Translations under genes and position numbers: made by a program
NCBI GenBank assembly: GCA_963836235.1
Contig: CAWIIP010000002.1
Coordinates: 256,001 to 320,000 of the forward strand
Direction: 5' to 3'
Origin: an uncultured Pseudomonadota bacterium
Lineage (GTDB): Bacteria > Oederibacteriota > Muellerivitia > Muellerivitales > Muellerivitaceae
Length of the DNA: 64,000 nucleotides
The notes under the pieces: generated by a model
The model's input: only the letters and a program-made list of their open reading frames with translations
Database searches by the model: none
Told to the model about the DNA's origin: nothing
Shown here: one piece after another, positions 40,469-51,376 of the stretch
Numbering within the stretch: position 1 is the first letter of the stretch
Layout of the letters: every line of letters begins with the position of its first letter

Positions 40469-41437
40469 TTATTTTGAGATGTTTTCAACATGAACTCCTG
40501 GGACCCTGGAAAAACCTCCTCGCTTCAAGGTTTGTTCCAGTCCTCGGTCACCTTTAACATAAGCATCCCAAAAAAGTAAGGAAGCCTGCTCGATCCACTG
40601 GTGAACAGACGAATCACGAACCTTCCCATTAAATTGGGCATCGGCAAAATCCATATGGTTCGCTCCTTGAATAACCGACAAATATTTGTGGCCCGGCCTT
40701 AAGTGCTCAAAAGCCTTAAGACGCCACAGGTAAGGTTCTCCATTTTCAAGACCTCTGTCCCGCGTCCCAGTCATCATGAACATGGGGCGATGGATCATAT
40801 CCCAAGAATCCTCTTTAAAAGCCCAACCACCAGGGCCTTGAGGCGATAAAACCAAGAAGGCTTCCACCCGAGTATCCTCAAACCCCAATGGCTTATCGGA
40901 AGAGGCGTAAACTTTTGCTCCCGCCACCGCCATGCTGGTGTAAGCTCCAAAAGAATGGCCCCCTACTCCCACCCTTGTGGGATCCAGGTGTCCCTTTAAT
41001 GCTGGCACCCTATCTTCCAATTGAGGCAAGGAATCCAAAAGAAAGGTGACGTCCTTAGGCCTATTCACCAAGTTGGCTTTTTCATTGACCATCTGGCGCA
41101 CTACTCGCAAATTGTAAAAAGGACGCAACCGTTTCAAGAGGGATTTGTCGCTTCCCAAGTGGGTAGGATTCAGCACCACGAAACCATTAGCGGCCCAGTA
41201 GCGGCTCAAATAGGCGTAACCATCTTTGGATCCGCCGGCGCCATGGGAAAAGACAAGAACCGGAAACCGGTGAGATTCACGAGTCTGGGGATAGTAAATT
41301 TTCAGGGGTACGTCCCTATTTCGAGTAGCGTCACGAAGGATGATATCGGCGGACCCAACTGGATAATTCTCGGCTAATACCGTATGACTCAGCAACAGAG
41401 CCATAAAGATGAACACCCCAATCCATCGTTTCAACAT
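40469..41437 (-). CDS. Secreted alpha/beta hydrolase (dienelactone hydrolase/PAF-AH-like)
   Basis: FSHGAGG, GHSFG nucleophile elbow, TG..D, GANH.DF. Confidence 0.85.
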   Translation of the reverse strand: MLKRWIGVFIFMALLLSHTVLAENYPVGSADIILRDATRNRDVPLKIYYPQTRESHRFPVLVFSHGAGGSKDGYAYLSRYWAANGFVVLNPTHLGSDKSLLKRLRPFYNLRVVRQMVNEKANLVNRPKDVTFLLDSLPQLEDRVPALKGHLDPTRVGVGGHSFGAYTSMAVAGAKVYASSDKPLGFEDTRVEAFLVLSPQGPGGWAFKEDSWDMIHRPMFMMTGTRDRGLENGEPYLWRLKAFEHLRPGHKYLSVIQGANHMDFADAQFNGKVRDSSVHQWIEQASLLFWDAYVKGDRGLEQTLKRGGFSRVPGVHVENISK

Positions 41438-41714
41438 AAAAAAATCTCCCATCGCATAGAGGTTTTAAATTTCAATTTTAAAATACCAAACAAAATCATC
41501 CAATCACTCCCTTGAACTCAATGAATAAAACAGTTTAGACAGTTTTTCGTTTAACGCTCCTTCTTTTCCTGAACACTAACATTTGACCAATGATAAAAAT
41601 CAGAATCAGGCAGTGAATATTAAAACACTGCTTTTAGTTTCAATGACTAATGGTAAACTCAATTCCGTTGCTTCGCTCCTCCAAACCATTCCACACCGAA
41701 TAGGGACAAGCTCG

Positions 41715-43949
41715 ATGCTTTCCAGCGCACGGCTTAAAAAAATTACTCAAACGATCCAAATACTCTCGTTGATGCTCGCGATTCCCGCTTTCGCCCAAGA
41801 CACCTCTCGCCAAAGCTTTTTCACTACCAGTGACCAGGTGAAACTTCACTATCGGGAAGCCGGCCAGGGAGAAGCGATCCTCTTTCTTCCCGGTTGGCTG
41901 ATGCCGGGGGATATCTGGGAACCGCAATTCCAGGAACTTTCCAAAGACTATCACGTGATCTTGCTGGACCCCCGCTCCCAAGGCCAATCCGACATGACCC
42001 CACTGGGAGATGATCCCTTGCGTCGCTCCAGGGACATACAGGAACTCCTGGAACATCTCCATCTTGATTCGGTGGTCCTGGTGGGCTGGGCATTAGGCGC
42101 CTTCGATGCCCTCGCCTATTTGGACCAGTTTGGAAACGACAAGCTCAACGCCTTGGTCCTGGTCGACAGCCCCCTGGGGGCGCCATCAGCCCCCAGCACC
42201 CAACGCAGCCCATTCCTTCGAGGTTTTCAACTCGACCGGCAAAACTCCAATCGAAATTATGTTTGGGGCCTGTTCAAAAAACACGCTACGGCAAGTTTTT
42301 ACAGGAAATTGATCCAGTCGGCGGCCCTCGTTCCAACTAATATCGCCTTAGCCGCCTTGAACAACACCATACCGGGGGATAACTGGCAGCCCAGCCCAAG
42401 GGCGCTTCGCCAGATACCCTTGCTTTACGCCATCACCCCGAAATTCGCCGCGCAAGCCGCTTACCTCCAGCAGGTGGATCCCCAGGCAAAGGTTGAAACT
42501 TTCGACCATTCGGGCCATGCCTTGTTCGTGGATGAACCGGAACACTTCAACGCCATGATCAGGGATTTCATGCATCAGGCTTCCCTTTATCCGGCGGGCT
42601 TGCCCTCGGTTCACATCCGCGTGGCTTCACCGGGCCTCGCCTTAACACCCAATCCTGTGCCCACATCGCTCCCCTTGGCCACCTTCACCCCCCTGCCAGT
42701 CGCTCCCCTATCCCCGACGCCGGTCCCCGAAATGGCTTCCCCGACTCCACCCGATTCAGCTACTCCGACCTTGTTGGTCGTGGTGATCCCATTGTCGTCA
42801 CCATCGCCCATCTTGAGCCCAACCGCTTCGCCGTCTCCTATAATGTCTCCAACCCCGCCAATAGCTGTGACTTCCCTCGAATCCCAAATGGTTTCAGTCG
42901 AGGCAACTCCTACAACTACGACTTCATTTACTACTAAACTGGCACAAACTTGGGCGGCATTCATGCACAAATCAACCGAGCCGACCCCAAATGAAGAACC
43001 CTCGCCAACACCCCATCCACGTCACAAAGCCTCGACGGAAACCACAAGTGAGAATCCAATCCAAGACGGCTTTTTCACCACTAGCGACCACATCAAGCTC
43101 CACTACCTGGAAGCGGGCCAAGGCCAGGCCCTGGTTTTTATCCCCGGCTGGCTTTTGCCCGCCGATATTTGGAAATTTCAGCTTGAGGGACTTTCCCAGG
43201 ATTTCCATGTCATAGCCCTAGACCCCCGGTCCCAGGGCGAATCCGATATCACTCCTCTCGGGGATGAACCCCTGCGCCAAGCCAGGGACATCCAGGAATT
43301 GCTGGACCATCTTCAACTGACTTCCGTCGTCCTGGTGGGTTGGTCCCACGGCGGCTTTCAGGTCCTGGCTTATATGGGGGAATTCGGCACCGACCGCCTC
43401 TACGCCGCGGTTCTGGTGGATTCGGCGCTGGGGGCCGCTTCCAACCCCGCCACCTCGGCCTCCCAGGCCCGCTTCCTGGAACAGTTCAAAACCGACCGGC
43501 CAAAGGCCGTCCGCAGCTTTGTCTGGGGTTTATTCAAGAAATCCCCGCCGGGGGATTTCTTAAAGAAGCTCGACGACGAGGCGGTTAAACCACCCACCGA
43601 TATCGCCCTGGCCTTGATGAACAACGCCTTCCCGGGCGAAAGGTGGCAGCCCAGCCTTAAGATTATGAATCAGGTACCCTTGCTTTATGCGGTCACTCCC
43701 AAATATACCTCTCAGGCCACCTACTTGACGCAGGTGGACCCCCTGGCCCGTGTTGAATTTTTTCAAAATTCCGGCCATGCCTTATTCGTGGACGAATCGG
43801 ATCATTTCAACGACGTGATGAGGGATTTCCTGAAGCACGCCGCCCTATATCCGGCGGGTCTGCCCGAACCCCAACACAAACAAGCGGGTCCGCTTCACCC
43901 GGCCACTCGACCAGCAGCGGTTGGGGGCCCGTCCCCAGCGAATCCTTAA
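41715..43949 (+). CDS. Secreted tandem alpha/beta hydrolase (two non-heme haloperoxidase-like domains, Pro/Thr linker)
   Basis: Two copies of FFTTSD..KLHY.EAGQG...PGW...DPRSQG.S...SGHALFVDE; start position uncertain. Confidence 0.85.
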   Translation: MLSSARLKKITQTIQILSLMLAIPAFAQDTSRQSFFTTSDQVKLHYREAGQGEAILFLPGWLMPGDIWEPQFQELSKDYHVILLDPRSQGQSDMTPLGDDPLRRSRDIQELLEHLHLDSVVLVGWALGAFDALAYLDQFGNDKLNALVLVDSPLGAPSAPSTQRSPFLRGFQLDRQNSNRNYVWGLFKKHATASFYRKLIQSAALVPTNIALAALNNTIPGDNWQPSPRALRQIPLLYAITPKFAAQAAYLQQVDPQAKVETFDHSGHALFVDEPEHFNAMIRDFMHQASLYPAGLPSVHIRVASPGLALTPNPVPTSLPLATFTPLPVAPLSPTPVPEMASPTPPDSATPTLLVVVIPLSSPSPILSPTASPSPIMSPTPPIAVTSLESQMVSVEATPTTTTSFTTKLAQTWAAFMHKSTEPTPNEEPSPTPHPRHKASTETTSENPIQDGFFTTSDHIKLHYLEAGQGQALVFIPGWLLPADIWKFQLEGLSQDFHVIALDPRSQGESDITPLGDEPLRQARDIQELLDHLQLTSVVLVGWSHGGFQVLAYMGEFGTDRLYAAVLVDSALGAASNPATSASQARFLEQFKTDRPKAVRSFVWGLFKKSPPGDFLKKLDDEAVKPPTDIALALMNNAFPGERWQPSLKIMNQVPLLYAVTPKYTSQATYLTQVDPLARVEFFQNSGHALFVDESDHFNDVMRDFLKHAALYPAGLPEPQHKQAGPLHPATRPAAVGGPSPANP

Positions 43950-43963
43950 GGGAGGATAGATAA

Positions 43964-46477
43964 ATGCCAACCGCAAGTCCCGAGGGCCGTTACCAGCTTT
44001 CCAAGCCGAACACCCAGTTGCTGGTGGCTCTTTTCGCCGTTTCCGCGGCCAGTATCGGTTTTGAGATTATGCTCACCCGTTACTTCGCCATTGCCAGCTG
44101 GTCCGAATACGGCTATTGGGTTATTTCCATTGCCATGGCCGGCTACTCCGCCAGCGGGGTCGCCCTAAGCCTTTTCAAGGATTTCTTTTTCCGACGGGCC
44201 CACCGCTTTCTTTTCTTCATCCCCCTTTTATTGCCGCCCCTAGCCTGCCTAGGCTATTACCTGGTAACCCTGAACCCATTCAACCCCCTGGAACTGCAGG
44301 ACACAAACCTTTGGATGGACCAGTTCCAAAACATCGCCAAATACTACGGCGCCCTTTTCCCGGTCTTCTTTTTGTCGGGCCTCTATATCAGCTTGAGTTT
44401 CCTGGCTCTGACCAATGAAAAAATTGGGGCGGTTTACGCCGCCGACCTAGTGGGCGCCGGTTTCGGGGCCCTGGCCCTATTGGTGGCCATGTTCTGGATC
44501 AATCCCTTTTACCTGCTTTGTGCACTGATTCCCTTTTGGACGCTGGCCGCCCTGGCGGCCCAATACCGGGCCCGGTTCCAAGCTAAGGCCTGGAAATGGT
44601 CGGTCGCGGTTCTGCTGGTTTTCCTGATGAGCGAGGCGGCCGCTGTAAAATTCAACAAGTCCCACTTTTGCCAATACAAGATGATTACCCCCGCCTTGAA
44701 CGTGTCGGACGCCCATGTGAAACAGCGAGTCTTCTCACCCTGGGGTTATTACATGCTTTTGGATAACTTTACCGAACGCCTCGACATCGACCTTTCCAAC
44801 AATTACGTCCTCTTGAAGGTGGACGGGCCGCCCCTGGCCTACGGCCTCTACCTGGACGGCAACCGGATAGGATCATTCCCCAAAAGCTCCAAGACCGATC
44901 TTTCCTATGTCAAGGGCAGTTTGGATATCTTTCCCTATATCCTCAAACCGAACAGCCGTGCGCTCTTGATCGGCACTCGGGGTGGTTTTCGAATCGGCGA
45001 AGCCCTGGCCTATAAGACCTCCGAACTCGTGGCCTTAGAAAGCGACCCTAATATCCTGGCCCTGATGCGGGGCACCTTGGCCCACAATGAGGGCCCCTGG
45101 CTCAAAAACCCGAGTGTCACCCTGCTGCGCCAGGCCCCCGAATCCTATTTGGCGGGGTCAAAAAAAGGCTTCGACATCATCGACCTCTCCTCCGAGTTTC
45201 TGGGGCAGGCCGATGCCAACAAATACGCCTACACGCGCCAAGCCTTGCAGGGTTACTTCAAGGCCTTAAACCCCGGCGGTCTAGTCTCCCTGCCGGTCAG
45301 TACCCGTGAATTCACGGTCTATGCTCTCAAGCTTCTGGAAACCGCCCGGGAAGCCCTGCAAGACCTCGGCATCCAGGACCCCGCTTCCCACTTGGTTCTC
45401 TACCGTTCCTCCTGGAATGTTCGGCTCCTGATATCCAAGGACCCTTGGACACCAGACCAACTGGCTTCCCTCAAATCCTTCTGCGATAGCCGTTCTTTCG
45501 ACATTTCTTACTATCCCGGCATTAAGCCCGGTGAATTGGAAATCTTCAACGATCTCCCTCCCACCGTCTGGGCGGGGGCGAACGACCAGGTGGCAGCGCC
45601 TGAGGAGACCAGCGATTCCCTGATGGACGACAGCATCAAACTTCTCTCCGGCCAGGGCCCAGATTTCCTGAAATCCCAATTCTTCAACCTGGAGCCCTCC
45701 ACCCAGGACAGGCCCTTCTTTTTCTCCATCCTGCGCCCTTCCCACTTACGGGAAATCCTCAATAACCTCTCCCAGATTCCCCGGGAAGAAATCGGTTATC
45801 TCATCAACCTAGCCGTTTTGGCCCAATCCCTGCTTTGGGCCCTGCTGGTCTTGGCCCTGCCTTTACTGGGGCGTGCCCGCAGCGCGGTACCCTTACCGCA
45901 ACTGGGAAAGACCTTGGTTTATTTTTCCTGTTTGGGGCTGGGTTTTCTTTTTATTGAAATTGTGTTGATTGAAAAAGGGGCTTATTTCCTGGGCGACCGC
46001 ACCCTTTCCTTTTCACTGGTTCTCTCGGCAATGCTGATTTTTTCAGGCTTGGGGAGCTGGTTTTCCGGCAGCTTCCTGCGCCGCCCCCAGGACGGCCTGC
46101 GTCCCGCTGGCATAGCCCTGGTCGTCTGGTTTCTCTTGAGCCTGGGCGCGCTGGATGGGGTGTTGGGAGCCCTGCTTTCCTGGCCGCTCCCGGCAAAGTG
46201 TATCTTCCTGGGAGGCTGGGCCGCCTTGGCTTCCGTTCCCCTGGGCTTTTTCTTTCCCTTAGGCTTAAGCCGTCTGCCCCGGGAAAGCAGTTTGATTCCT
46301 TGGGCCTGGGCCTTGAACGGCGCCTTCTCCGTGGTAGCCACTCCCCTGGCTAACCTACTGGCCATTGCCGAGGGTTACCGCCCGCTGATTTTATTGAGCC
46401 TGGCCCTCTATGGGCTGGCTTACCTGGCTTTTCCAGCGGGTCCTTCAAAACCCGAGAATTCGGGGAGGCGCCCATGA
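43964..46477 (+). CDS. Polytopic membrane protein with spermidine-synthase-like SAM-binding domain
   Basis: N- and C-terminal TM bundles, YAADL.GA, LLIG..GG, T.DRPFF, WAW.LNG..SV. Confidence 0.8.
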   Translation: MPTASPEGRYQLSKPNTQLLVALFAVSAASIGFEIMLTRYFAIASWSEYGYWVISIAMAGYSASGVALSLFKDFFFRRAHRFLFFIPLLLPPLACLGYYLVTLNPFNPLELQDTNLWMDQFQNIAKYYGALFPVFFLSGLYISLSFLALTNEKIGAVYAADLVGAGFGALALLVAMFWINPFYLLCALIPFWTLAALAAQYRARFQAKAWKWSVAVLLVFLMSEAAAVKFNKSHFCQYKMITPALNVSDAHVKQRVFSPWGYYMLLDNFTERLDIDLSNNYVLLKVDGPPLAYGLYLDGNRIGSFPKSSKTDLSYVKGSLDIFPYILKPNSRALLIGTRGGFRIGEALAYKTSELVALESDPNILALMRGTLAHNEGPWLKNPSVTLLRQAPESYLAGSKKGFDIIDLSSEFLGQADANKYAYTRQALQGYFKALNPGGLVSLPVSTREFTVYALKLLETAREALQDLGIQDPASHLVLYRSSWNVRLLISKDPWTPDQLASLKSFCDSRSFDISYYPGIKPGELEIFNDLPPTVWAGANDQVAAPEETSDSLMDDSIKLLSGQGPDFLKSQFFNLEPSTQDRPFFFSILRPSHLREILNNLSQIPREEIGYLINLAVLAQSLLWALLVLALPLLGRARSAVPLPQLGKTLVYFSCLGLGFLFIEIVLIEKGAYFLGDRTLSFSLVLSAMLIFSGLGSWFSGSFLRRPQDGLRPAGIALVVWFLLSLGALDGVLGALLSWPLPAKCIFLGGWAALASVPLGFFFPLGLSRLPRESSLIPWAWALNGAFSVVATPLANLLAIAEGYRPLILLSLALYGLAYLAFPAGPSKPENSGRRP

Positions 46478-47457
46478 ACCGGATTATGCGCTTGCTTCTG
46501 ATCTTGGCCTTCCTGCTTCTCCCGACCTGGCACTTGGCGGCGCAAGAAACACCGACCGACAAGCCAACGGAGGCGCCCGCCGACAAAAGCGCCGATAAAA
46601 CCACCCCCAACAAGGGAAAGAGCGACCAGGGATGGACCTATAAAAAATTCCTCAAGGTTTTCAAGAAAAGCGGCCGAACAACCGATCTAACAGCCAAGGA
46701 ATTTGCCAGGCTCCAGGACCGCAAACTGGCGATGTTGAAGGATATCCACCGCTACCTGGACCGGAAATTCGGCTGGGCCGATCCACGCTTGATGAAGGCC
46801 TTTGAGGACCTGCCTCGCGAGTATTACCATTACGATTATCAGGGAGGGGTCGACCTATCGAAATTCGCCTATGAGTATCCGCCCCGCACCTGGGGCCTGG
46901 GTTGGGGCTCGGCCTTGAGCGACTACGAAGGACAGGCCTACATGGCCCAATTGGCCCATCCCGGGCCCAAGAGCAAGGTATTGGAAATCGGTACCGGCAG
47001 CGGCTACAACATCTCCCTGCTTTCCCGCGTGGCCAAGGACGCCTATTCCATCGAGATCATCAGTCCCCTGGGCCGAGCAGTGTCCCATATCTTCAAACCT
47101 TTGGGCTACACCAACATTCACACCCGGGTAGGCGACGGTTATTACGGCTGGAAAGAAGCCGGGCCCTTCGACATCATTATGTTCACCTGCGTGGCCCAGT
47201 TCGTGCCACAGCCCCTCTTTAAACAGCTCAAGCCCGGCGGCCGGATCATTATTCCGATCGGCCAGCCTTTCAAGCATAACCAGGTGCTCTACGTCTATCG
47301 CATGGACCAGCGGGGCCGGGTCCACTCCAAGAAATATATCCCCGTCTATTTCATCCCGATGAAAGGAACGATGGGGGCCGCCGCCGCGCAGATAGGCATT
47401 TCCCTTCCGGGTGGCGAAAAATTGGCCAAGCATTCCAAGGCTAAACCCACACCCTAA
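46474..47457 (+). CDS. pcm: Protein-L-isoaspartate O-methyltransferase-like protein with signal peptide
   Basis: VLEIGTGSGY, YSIEI, GDGYYGW.EAGPFD.I, L..QLKPGGR..IP.G, V.F.PM. Confidence 0.85.
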   Translation: MNRIMRLLLILAFLLLPTWHLAAQETPTDKPTEAPADKSADKTTPNKGKSDQGWTYKKFLKVFKKSGRTTDLTAKEFARLQDRKLAMLKDIHRYLDRKFGWADPRLMKAFEDLPREYYHYDYQGGVDLSKFAYEYPPRTWGLGWGSALSDYEGQAYMAQLAHPGPKSKVLEIGTGSGYNISLLSRVAKDAYSIEIISPLGRAVSHIFKPLGYTNIHTRVGDGYYGWKEAGPFDIIMFTCVAQFVPQPLFKQLKPGGRIIIPIGQPFKHNQVLYVYRMDQRGRVHSKKYIPVYFIPMKGTMGAAAAQIGISLPGGEKLAKHSKAKPTP

Positions 47458-47513
47458 TGGACCGCTTCCCCGGAAAATAGCCTGTCACGCCTTCATCAGA
47501 AAATCCGGATAAC

Positions 47514-47552
47514 AAAAAGCCCCGCCCACATTTCCATGGGCAGGGCTTTTTT
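47514..47552. terminator. Bidirectional intrinsic terminator
   Basis: AAAAAGCCC(C)GCCCA...TGGGCAGGGCTTTTTT between convergent genes. Confidence 0.75.
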
Positions 47553-47576
47553 ATTTAAACTGATTTTTAAAAAGAC

Positions 47577-48176
47577 TTACTTCTTGTCATCTCCAGCGGC
47601 AGGGGTGCTTTTGGCATCCGCATCAGACTTGGACCCGCCATCCATCTTGTCCAGCCGGGGCTGCAGGGCTTGAAGGTTTCCTTCCGCCTTGGCTGAGCTG
47701 GCATTGGCCGCCTTGGCCGCGTCAATGGACTTCTGGTAGGCGTCTTTCGCCTTTTCGAGATCGCCGGTCAACTCATAGGCGCTACCCAAGTTGTTCCAAG
47801 CCACATAGTTGCTGTCGTCAGTGGTCGTGGCCTTTTCCAACAGCGGCACGGCTTTGTCGGGAACCGGCGTGGCGGCAGTCAGGTAGGCATGGGCTTCGTT
47901 ATTAAGCCTCCAAGCCTCCATGTTCTTCGATTTCAGCACGCCGATTTTTTCATAGGCCGCGATGGCCTCGTCGGTCTTGCCGGCCGCCGCCAAATCATTG
48001 GCCGCCACCATGGCGGTATAGGCCGGGCTTTGGTGTTTGGCGGGCTTGGCCGCGGCAGTCGTGTCCGTGGCAGGCGCGGCAGCAGCCGTAGGGGTTGCGT
48101 TATCCGCCCAAGAACTTCCAACTGACGCTAACAACCCGGCCGCGAAAAACAAAAAGGTACGCTTGTACTGCATCAT
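47577..48176 (-). CDS. Secreted TPR protein
   Basis: Signal peptide; AWNNLG.AY...G....A...Y.K; AGGAGG RBS. Confidence 0.8.
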   Translation of the reverse strand: MMQYKRTFLFFAAGLLASVGSSWADNATPTAAAAPATDTTAAAKPAKHQSPAYTAMVAANDLAAAGKTDEAIAAYEKIGVLKSKNMEAWRLNNEAHAYLTAATPVPDKAVPLLEKATTTDDSNYVAWNNLGSAYELTGDLEKAKDAYQKSIDAAKAANASSAKAEGNLQALQPRLDKMDGGSKSDADAKSTPAAGDDKK

Positions 48177-48476
48177 GGCATCCTCCTAAAAAAAATTAAA
48201 ATAATGGTGGGACACGAAACGGAAGCGTCTCGTTCACAACCCGAATAAAGCCTAAAGTATTTTGAAATTTTATTCTAACCACTTTTAAAGTCGAGAAAAT
48301 TCATTTCTTAAGCCCTCAAGTTGGACCTGTTTAAGGCTGCTTGTCCAAACTGCTTGCGGGTTTCACGACTAACCATCTCGAAACAAAAATCAATTTTCTA
48401 TCGATTGCTCCATCCTTTCCACTGATGAATAATTAGTTTTTTTTAGGGAGATAAAAAATTTCTATGGACAAAAGGC

Positions 48477-50348
48477 TTAGGCCCTTGGGTTTTGGGCCAT
48501 TTGCTCAAGAATTTGTTTGGCGGAACTCTTGGCCGTCTGTTTCTCGGATTTCATGCGATGTTCGTTATTTAAAATCTTTTTGCGCATGCGAAGATTCAGG
48601 GGTGTGACTTCAAGCAATTCATCGTCCTGAATATATTCCAGGCATTGCTCCAGGGAGAAAATGGTGGGGGGTTCCATGGTGAGCGCCTCGTCGGAAGACT
48701 TACTCCTCATATTGCTCAAATGCTTGGTCTTGCAGGGATTGACCGCGATGTCGTTTTCACGGGTGTGTTCCCCCACGATCATTCCCTCGTAAACCTCCAA
48801 GCGGGAATTGATGAAAAATTTACCCCGGTCAGCCAATTGGAACATGCCGTAAGCCGCGGTAACGCCGGCCTCAAAAGCCACCAGCACGCCCCGGCTCCTC
48901 CCACCAATATCGCCCTTAAACTCACCATATCCGGCGAAAACATGGTGAAGGACGCCCTCACCCTTGGTGTCGGTCATGAACTCGGTGCGAAAGCCCAGTA
49001 AACAACGGGCCGGAATTAAAAACTCGATGCGGGTGGTCACTTCCGAAAGTGGAGTCATGTTTTTCATCTCGCCTTTTCGGGCTCCTAATTTTTCCATGGC
49101 AATGCCCACGCAATTGTTGGGAACGTCGACGATGAGATTCTCGTAGGGCTCCTGTAATTTCCCATCCACCATTTTGAAAATAACTTGGGGGCGGGATACC
49201 TGAAATTCGAATCCTTCGCGCCGCATGGTCTCGATCAAAATTCCCAAATGCAATTCACCCCGGCCCGCGACTTTATAAGCATCGGGGCTTTCGGTATCGC
49301 TGATTTTCAAGGTTGGGTTAGCTTCCGCTTCTTTATATAAGCGGTCTCTCAAATGCCGCGACGTCACGAATTTCCCTTCCTTCCCGGCGAAGGGGCTGTT
49401 GTTGACGGAAAAAACCATGGACATGGTGGGTTCATCGATCGCGATAGCGGGCAGTGCCTCGGGCGCCAAAACTGAGGCCACGGTTTCTCCGATTTGAACA
49501 TCTTCCAATCCGGCCAGAAGGATGATATCTCCCGCCATGGCTTCCGGACACTCAACCTGCTTGATCCCGTTGTAGGTAAAAAGCTTCGTGGCGTTGCTGT
49601 TGACCTTGCGGCCGTCCAGCTTGATGAGGGTAATGGGATCGTTCAACTTGATCTTTCCCCTTTTGACGCGTCCAACAGCCATACGGCCAAGGTACTCATT
49701 ATAGGAAGTGGTCGTGACCAACATTTGAAAAGGTGATTCCAAGTCGACTTCAACGGGTTTAAAGTGGTTCACAATGGTTTCGAAAAGAGGTGTCAAATCG
49801 GCACCCGATTTTTCCAAATCCAGGGTGGCTTTTCCTTCGCGCGCAATAGCGTAAACCACGGGGTAACCGATCTGGTGTTCATTGGCCCCTAAGGCGATGA
49901 ACAGATCCAGGACCGCGTCCACCACTTCGTGGGGCCGGGCGTCCTTCCGGTCAATCTTATTGATGACCACAATGGCGTCCAGGTTTTGCTCCAGGCTCTT
50001 GCGAAGAACGAATTTGGTCTGGGGCAAGGGGCCTTCCGCCGCGTCCACTAGAAGGAGGACACCGTCCACCATGGATAGGATACGCTCCACTTCCCCGCCG
50101 AAATCGGCGTGGCCCGGCGTGTCAACGATGTTGATGCGGGTGCCGTTCCAAATGACCGAGGCGTTTTTGGAGAAAATGGTGATGCCGCGTTCTTTTTCCA
50201 GGTCATTGGAATCCATGACCCGTTCTTCCATGTGTTCATTCGCACGGAAAACACCCGATTGTCGGAACAGAGCATCCACCAGGGTGGTTTTGCCATGGTC
50301 AACGTGGGCAATAATGGCGATATTGCGTAAATCATTTCGAAGCGTCAT
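48477..50348 (-). CDS. typA: Translational GTPase TypA/BipA
   Basis: [45 protein letters not shown]. Confidence 0.97.
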   Translation of the reverse strand: MTLRNDLRNIAIIAHVDHGKTTLVDALFRQSGVFRANEHMEERVMDSNDLEKERGITIFSKNASVIWNGTRINIVDTPGHADFGGEVERILSMVDGVLLLVDAAEGPLPQTKFVLRKSLEQNLDAIVVINKIDRKDARPHEVVDAVLDLFIALGANEHQIGYPVVYAIAREGKATLDLEKSGADLTPLFETIVNHFKPVEVDLESPFQMLVTTTSYNEYLGRMAVGRVKRGKIKLNDPITLIKLDGRKVNSNATKLFTYNGIKQVECPEAMAGDIILLAGLEDVQIGETVASVLAPEALPAIAIDEPTMSMVFSVNNSPFAGKEGKFVTSRHLRDRLYKEAEANPTLKISDTESPDAYKVAGRGELHLGILIETMRREGFEFQVSRPQVIFKMVDGKLQEPYENLIVDVPNNCVGIAMEKLGARKGEMKNMTPLSEVTTRIEFLIPARCLLGFRTEFMTDTKGEGVLHHVFAGYGEFKGDIGGRSRGVLVAFEAGVTAAYGMFQLADRGKFFINSRLEVYEGMIVGEHTRENDIAVNPCKTKHLSNMRSKSSDEALTMEPPTIFSLEQCLEYIQDDELLEVTPLNLRMRKKILNNEHRMKSEKQTAKSSAKQILEQMAQNPRA

Positions 50349-50469
50349 TTCAACCTCGGTCTAAAAATAAGAAGCCGGCGGGCATAAGCCAACCGGCTTC
50401 AGGGAGGCGAGAGTATACCCAAAAGGGCGGGCAAATCAAAGGATTTATGAAAGTTGGAATGTTTAAAGG

Positions 50470-51282
50470 CTAGGTGGAAACACTCTTCAAAAAGGGAACC
50501 AATACCTTTAGAAATCCCTCGGAATTATCGCGAAAGACGGCGTGCTCGGCCTTTTCCACTACGACAAACCGCCCCTGGGGGATCAACTCTTTGATTTTCT
50601 CCGCTTCCTGGGGTGAAACATAATTACTATCGCCGCCTTTAATAAAAAGAATAGGGCACTTCACCTTGGCCAGCCAGTCATAAGTTTCTTTTTCCCGCCC
50701 CAGCTTTTGGGTTTTCCAGGCCGCCGCGGGAGAAAAATTCCAGTCCCATTCCCCGCTGTCTTTCTTCCAGAATTGGCCTTTGTAATAAACAATGTGCCTT
50801 TCGTCTCCTGAAAACTTCTTTTTCAGGAACTTATCCAAAGTTGGTTCATCGGCAAAGGGGGTGGGATATTCAGTATAACGGGTGAGGTATTTCTTCCAGC
50901 TTTCCAAATCCGCCGTTAAGGTCTGGTCCACGATCGTCAAAGTCTGGGCCCTTTCCGGATAAAGGACGGAAAAAACCATGGCGTTGCGTCCACCGGTGGA
51001 ATGGCCAACCACCTGGACTTTAGCGTGACCCAATGCCACGGCCCAGGCCTCGACATCGGACGCATGGTCTTCAGGACCATACCCTTCTTCCGGCTTGTCA
51101 CTTTGGCCATGTCCCCTCATGTCGAAGACGAAAACATGGAACCCAATCTTGGCCAGCATGTCAGGGATGCTCCCCCAATCCTGCGCCTTGGCGGTCAAAC
51201 CATGGAGCAGGTAGACCACTGGTCCCGAAGAACGATATTCCAAGTAAAAAAATTTCCCACGATCGGTTTGGACAAAAGGCAT
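50470..51282 (-). CDS. Alpha/beta hydrolase
   Basis: LHG, D.RGHG.S, GHSTGG, terminal His. Confidence 0.88.
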   Translation of the reverse strand: MPFVQTDRGKFFYLEYRSSGPVVYLLHGLTAKAQDWGSIPDMLAKIGFHVFVFDMRGHGQSDKPEEGYGPEDHASDVEAWAVALGHAKVQVVGHSTGGRNAMVFSVLYPERAQTLTIVDQTLTADLESWKKYLTRYTEYPTPFADEPTLDKFLKKKFSGDERHIVYYKGQFWKKDSGEWDWNFSPAAAWKTQKLGREKETYDWLAKVKCPILFIKGGDSNYVSPQEAEKIKELIPQGRFVVVEKAEHAVFRDNSEGFLKVLVPFLKSVST

Positions 51283-51376
51283 TGGACTCCTTTAGGTAAT
51301 TAATCTTTGCATTTTAACTCTGGACTGGCTTTACCCGCTTTTTATTTCGACTTTTGGCCGATACAATGCGGTTCCA

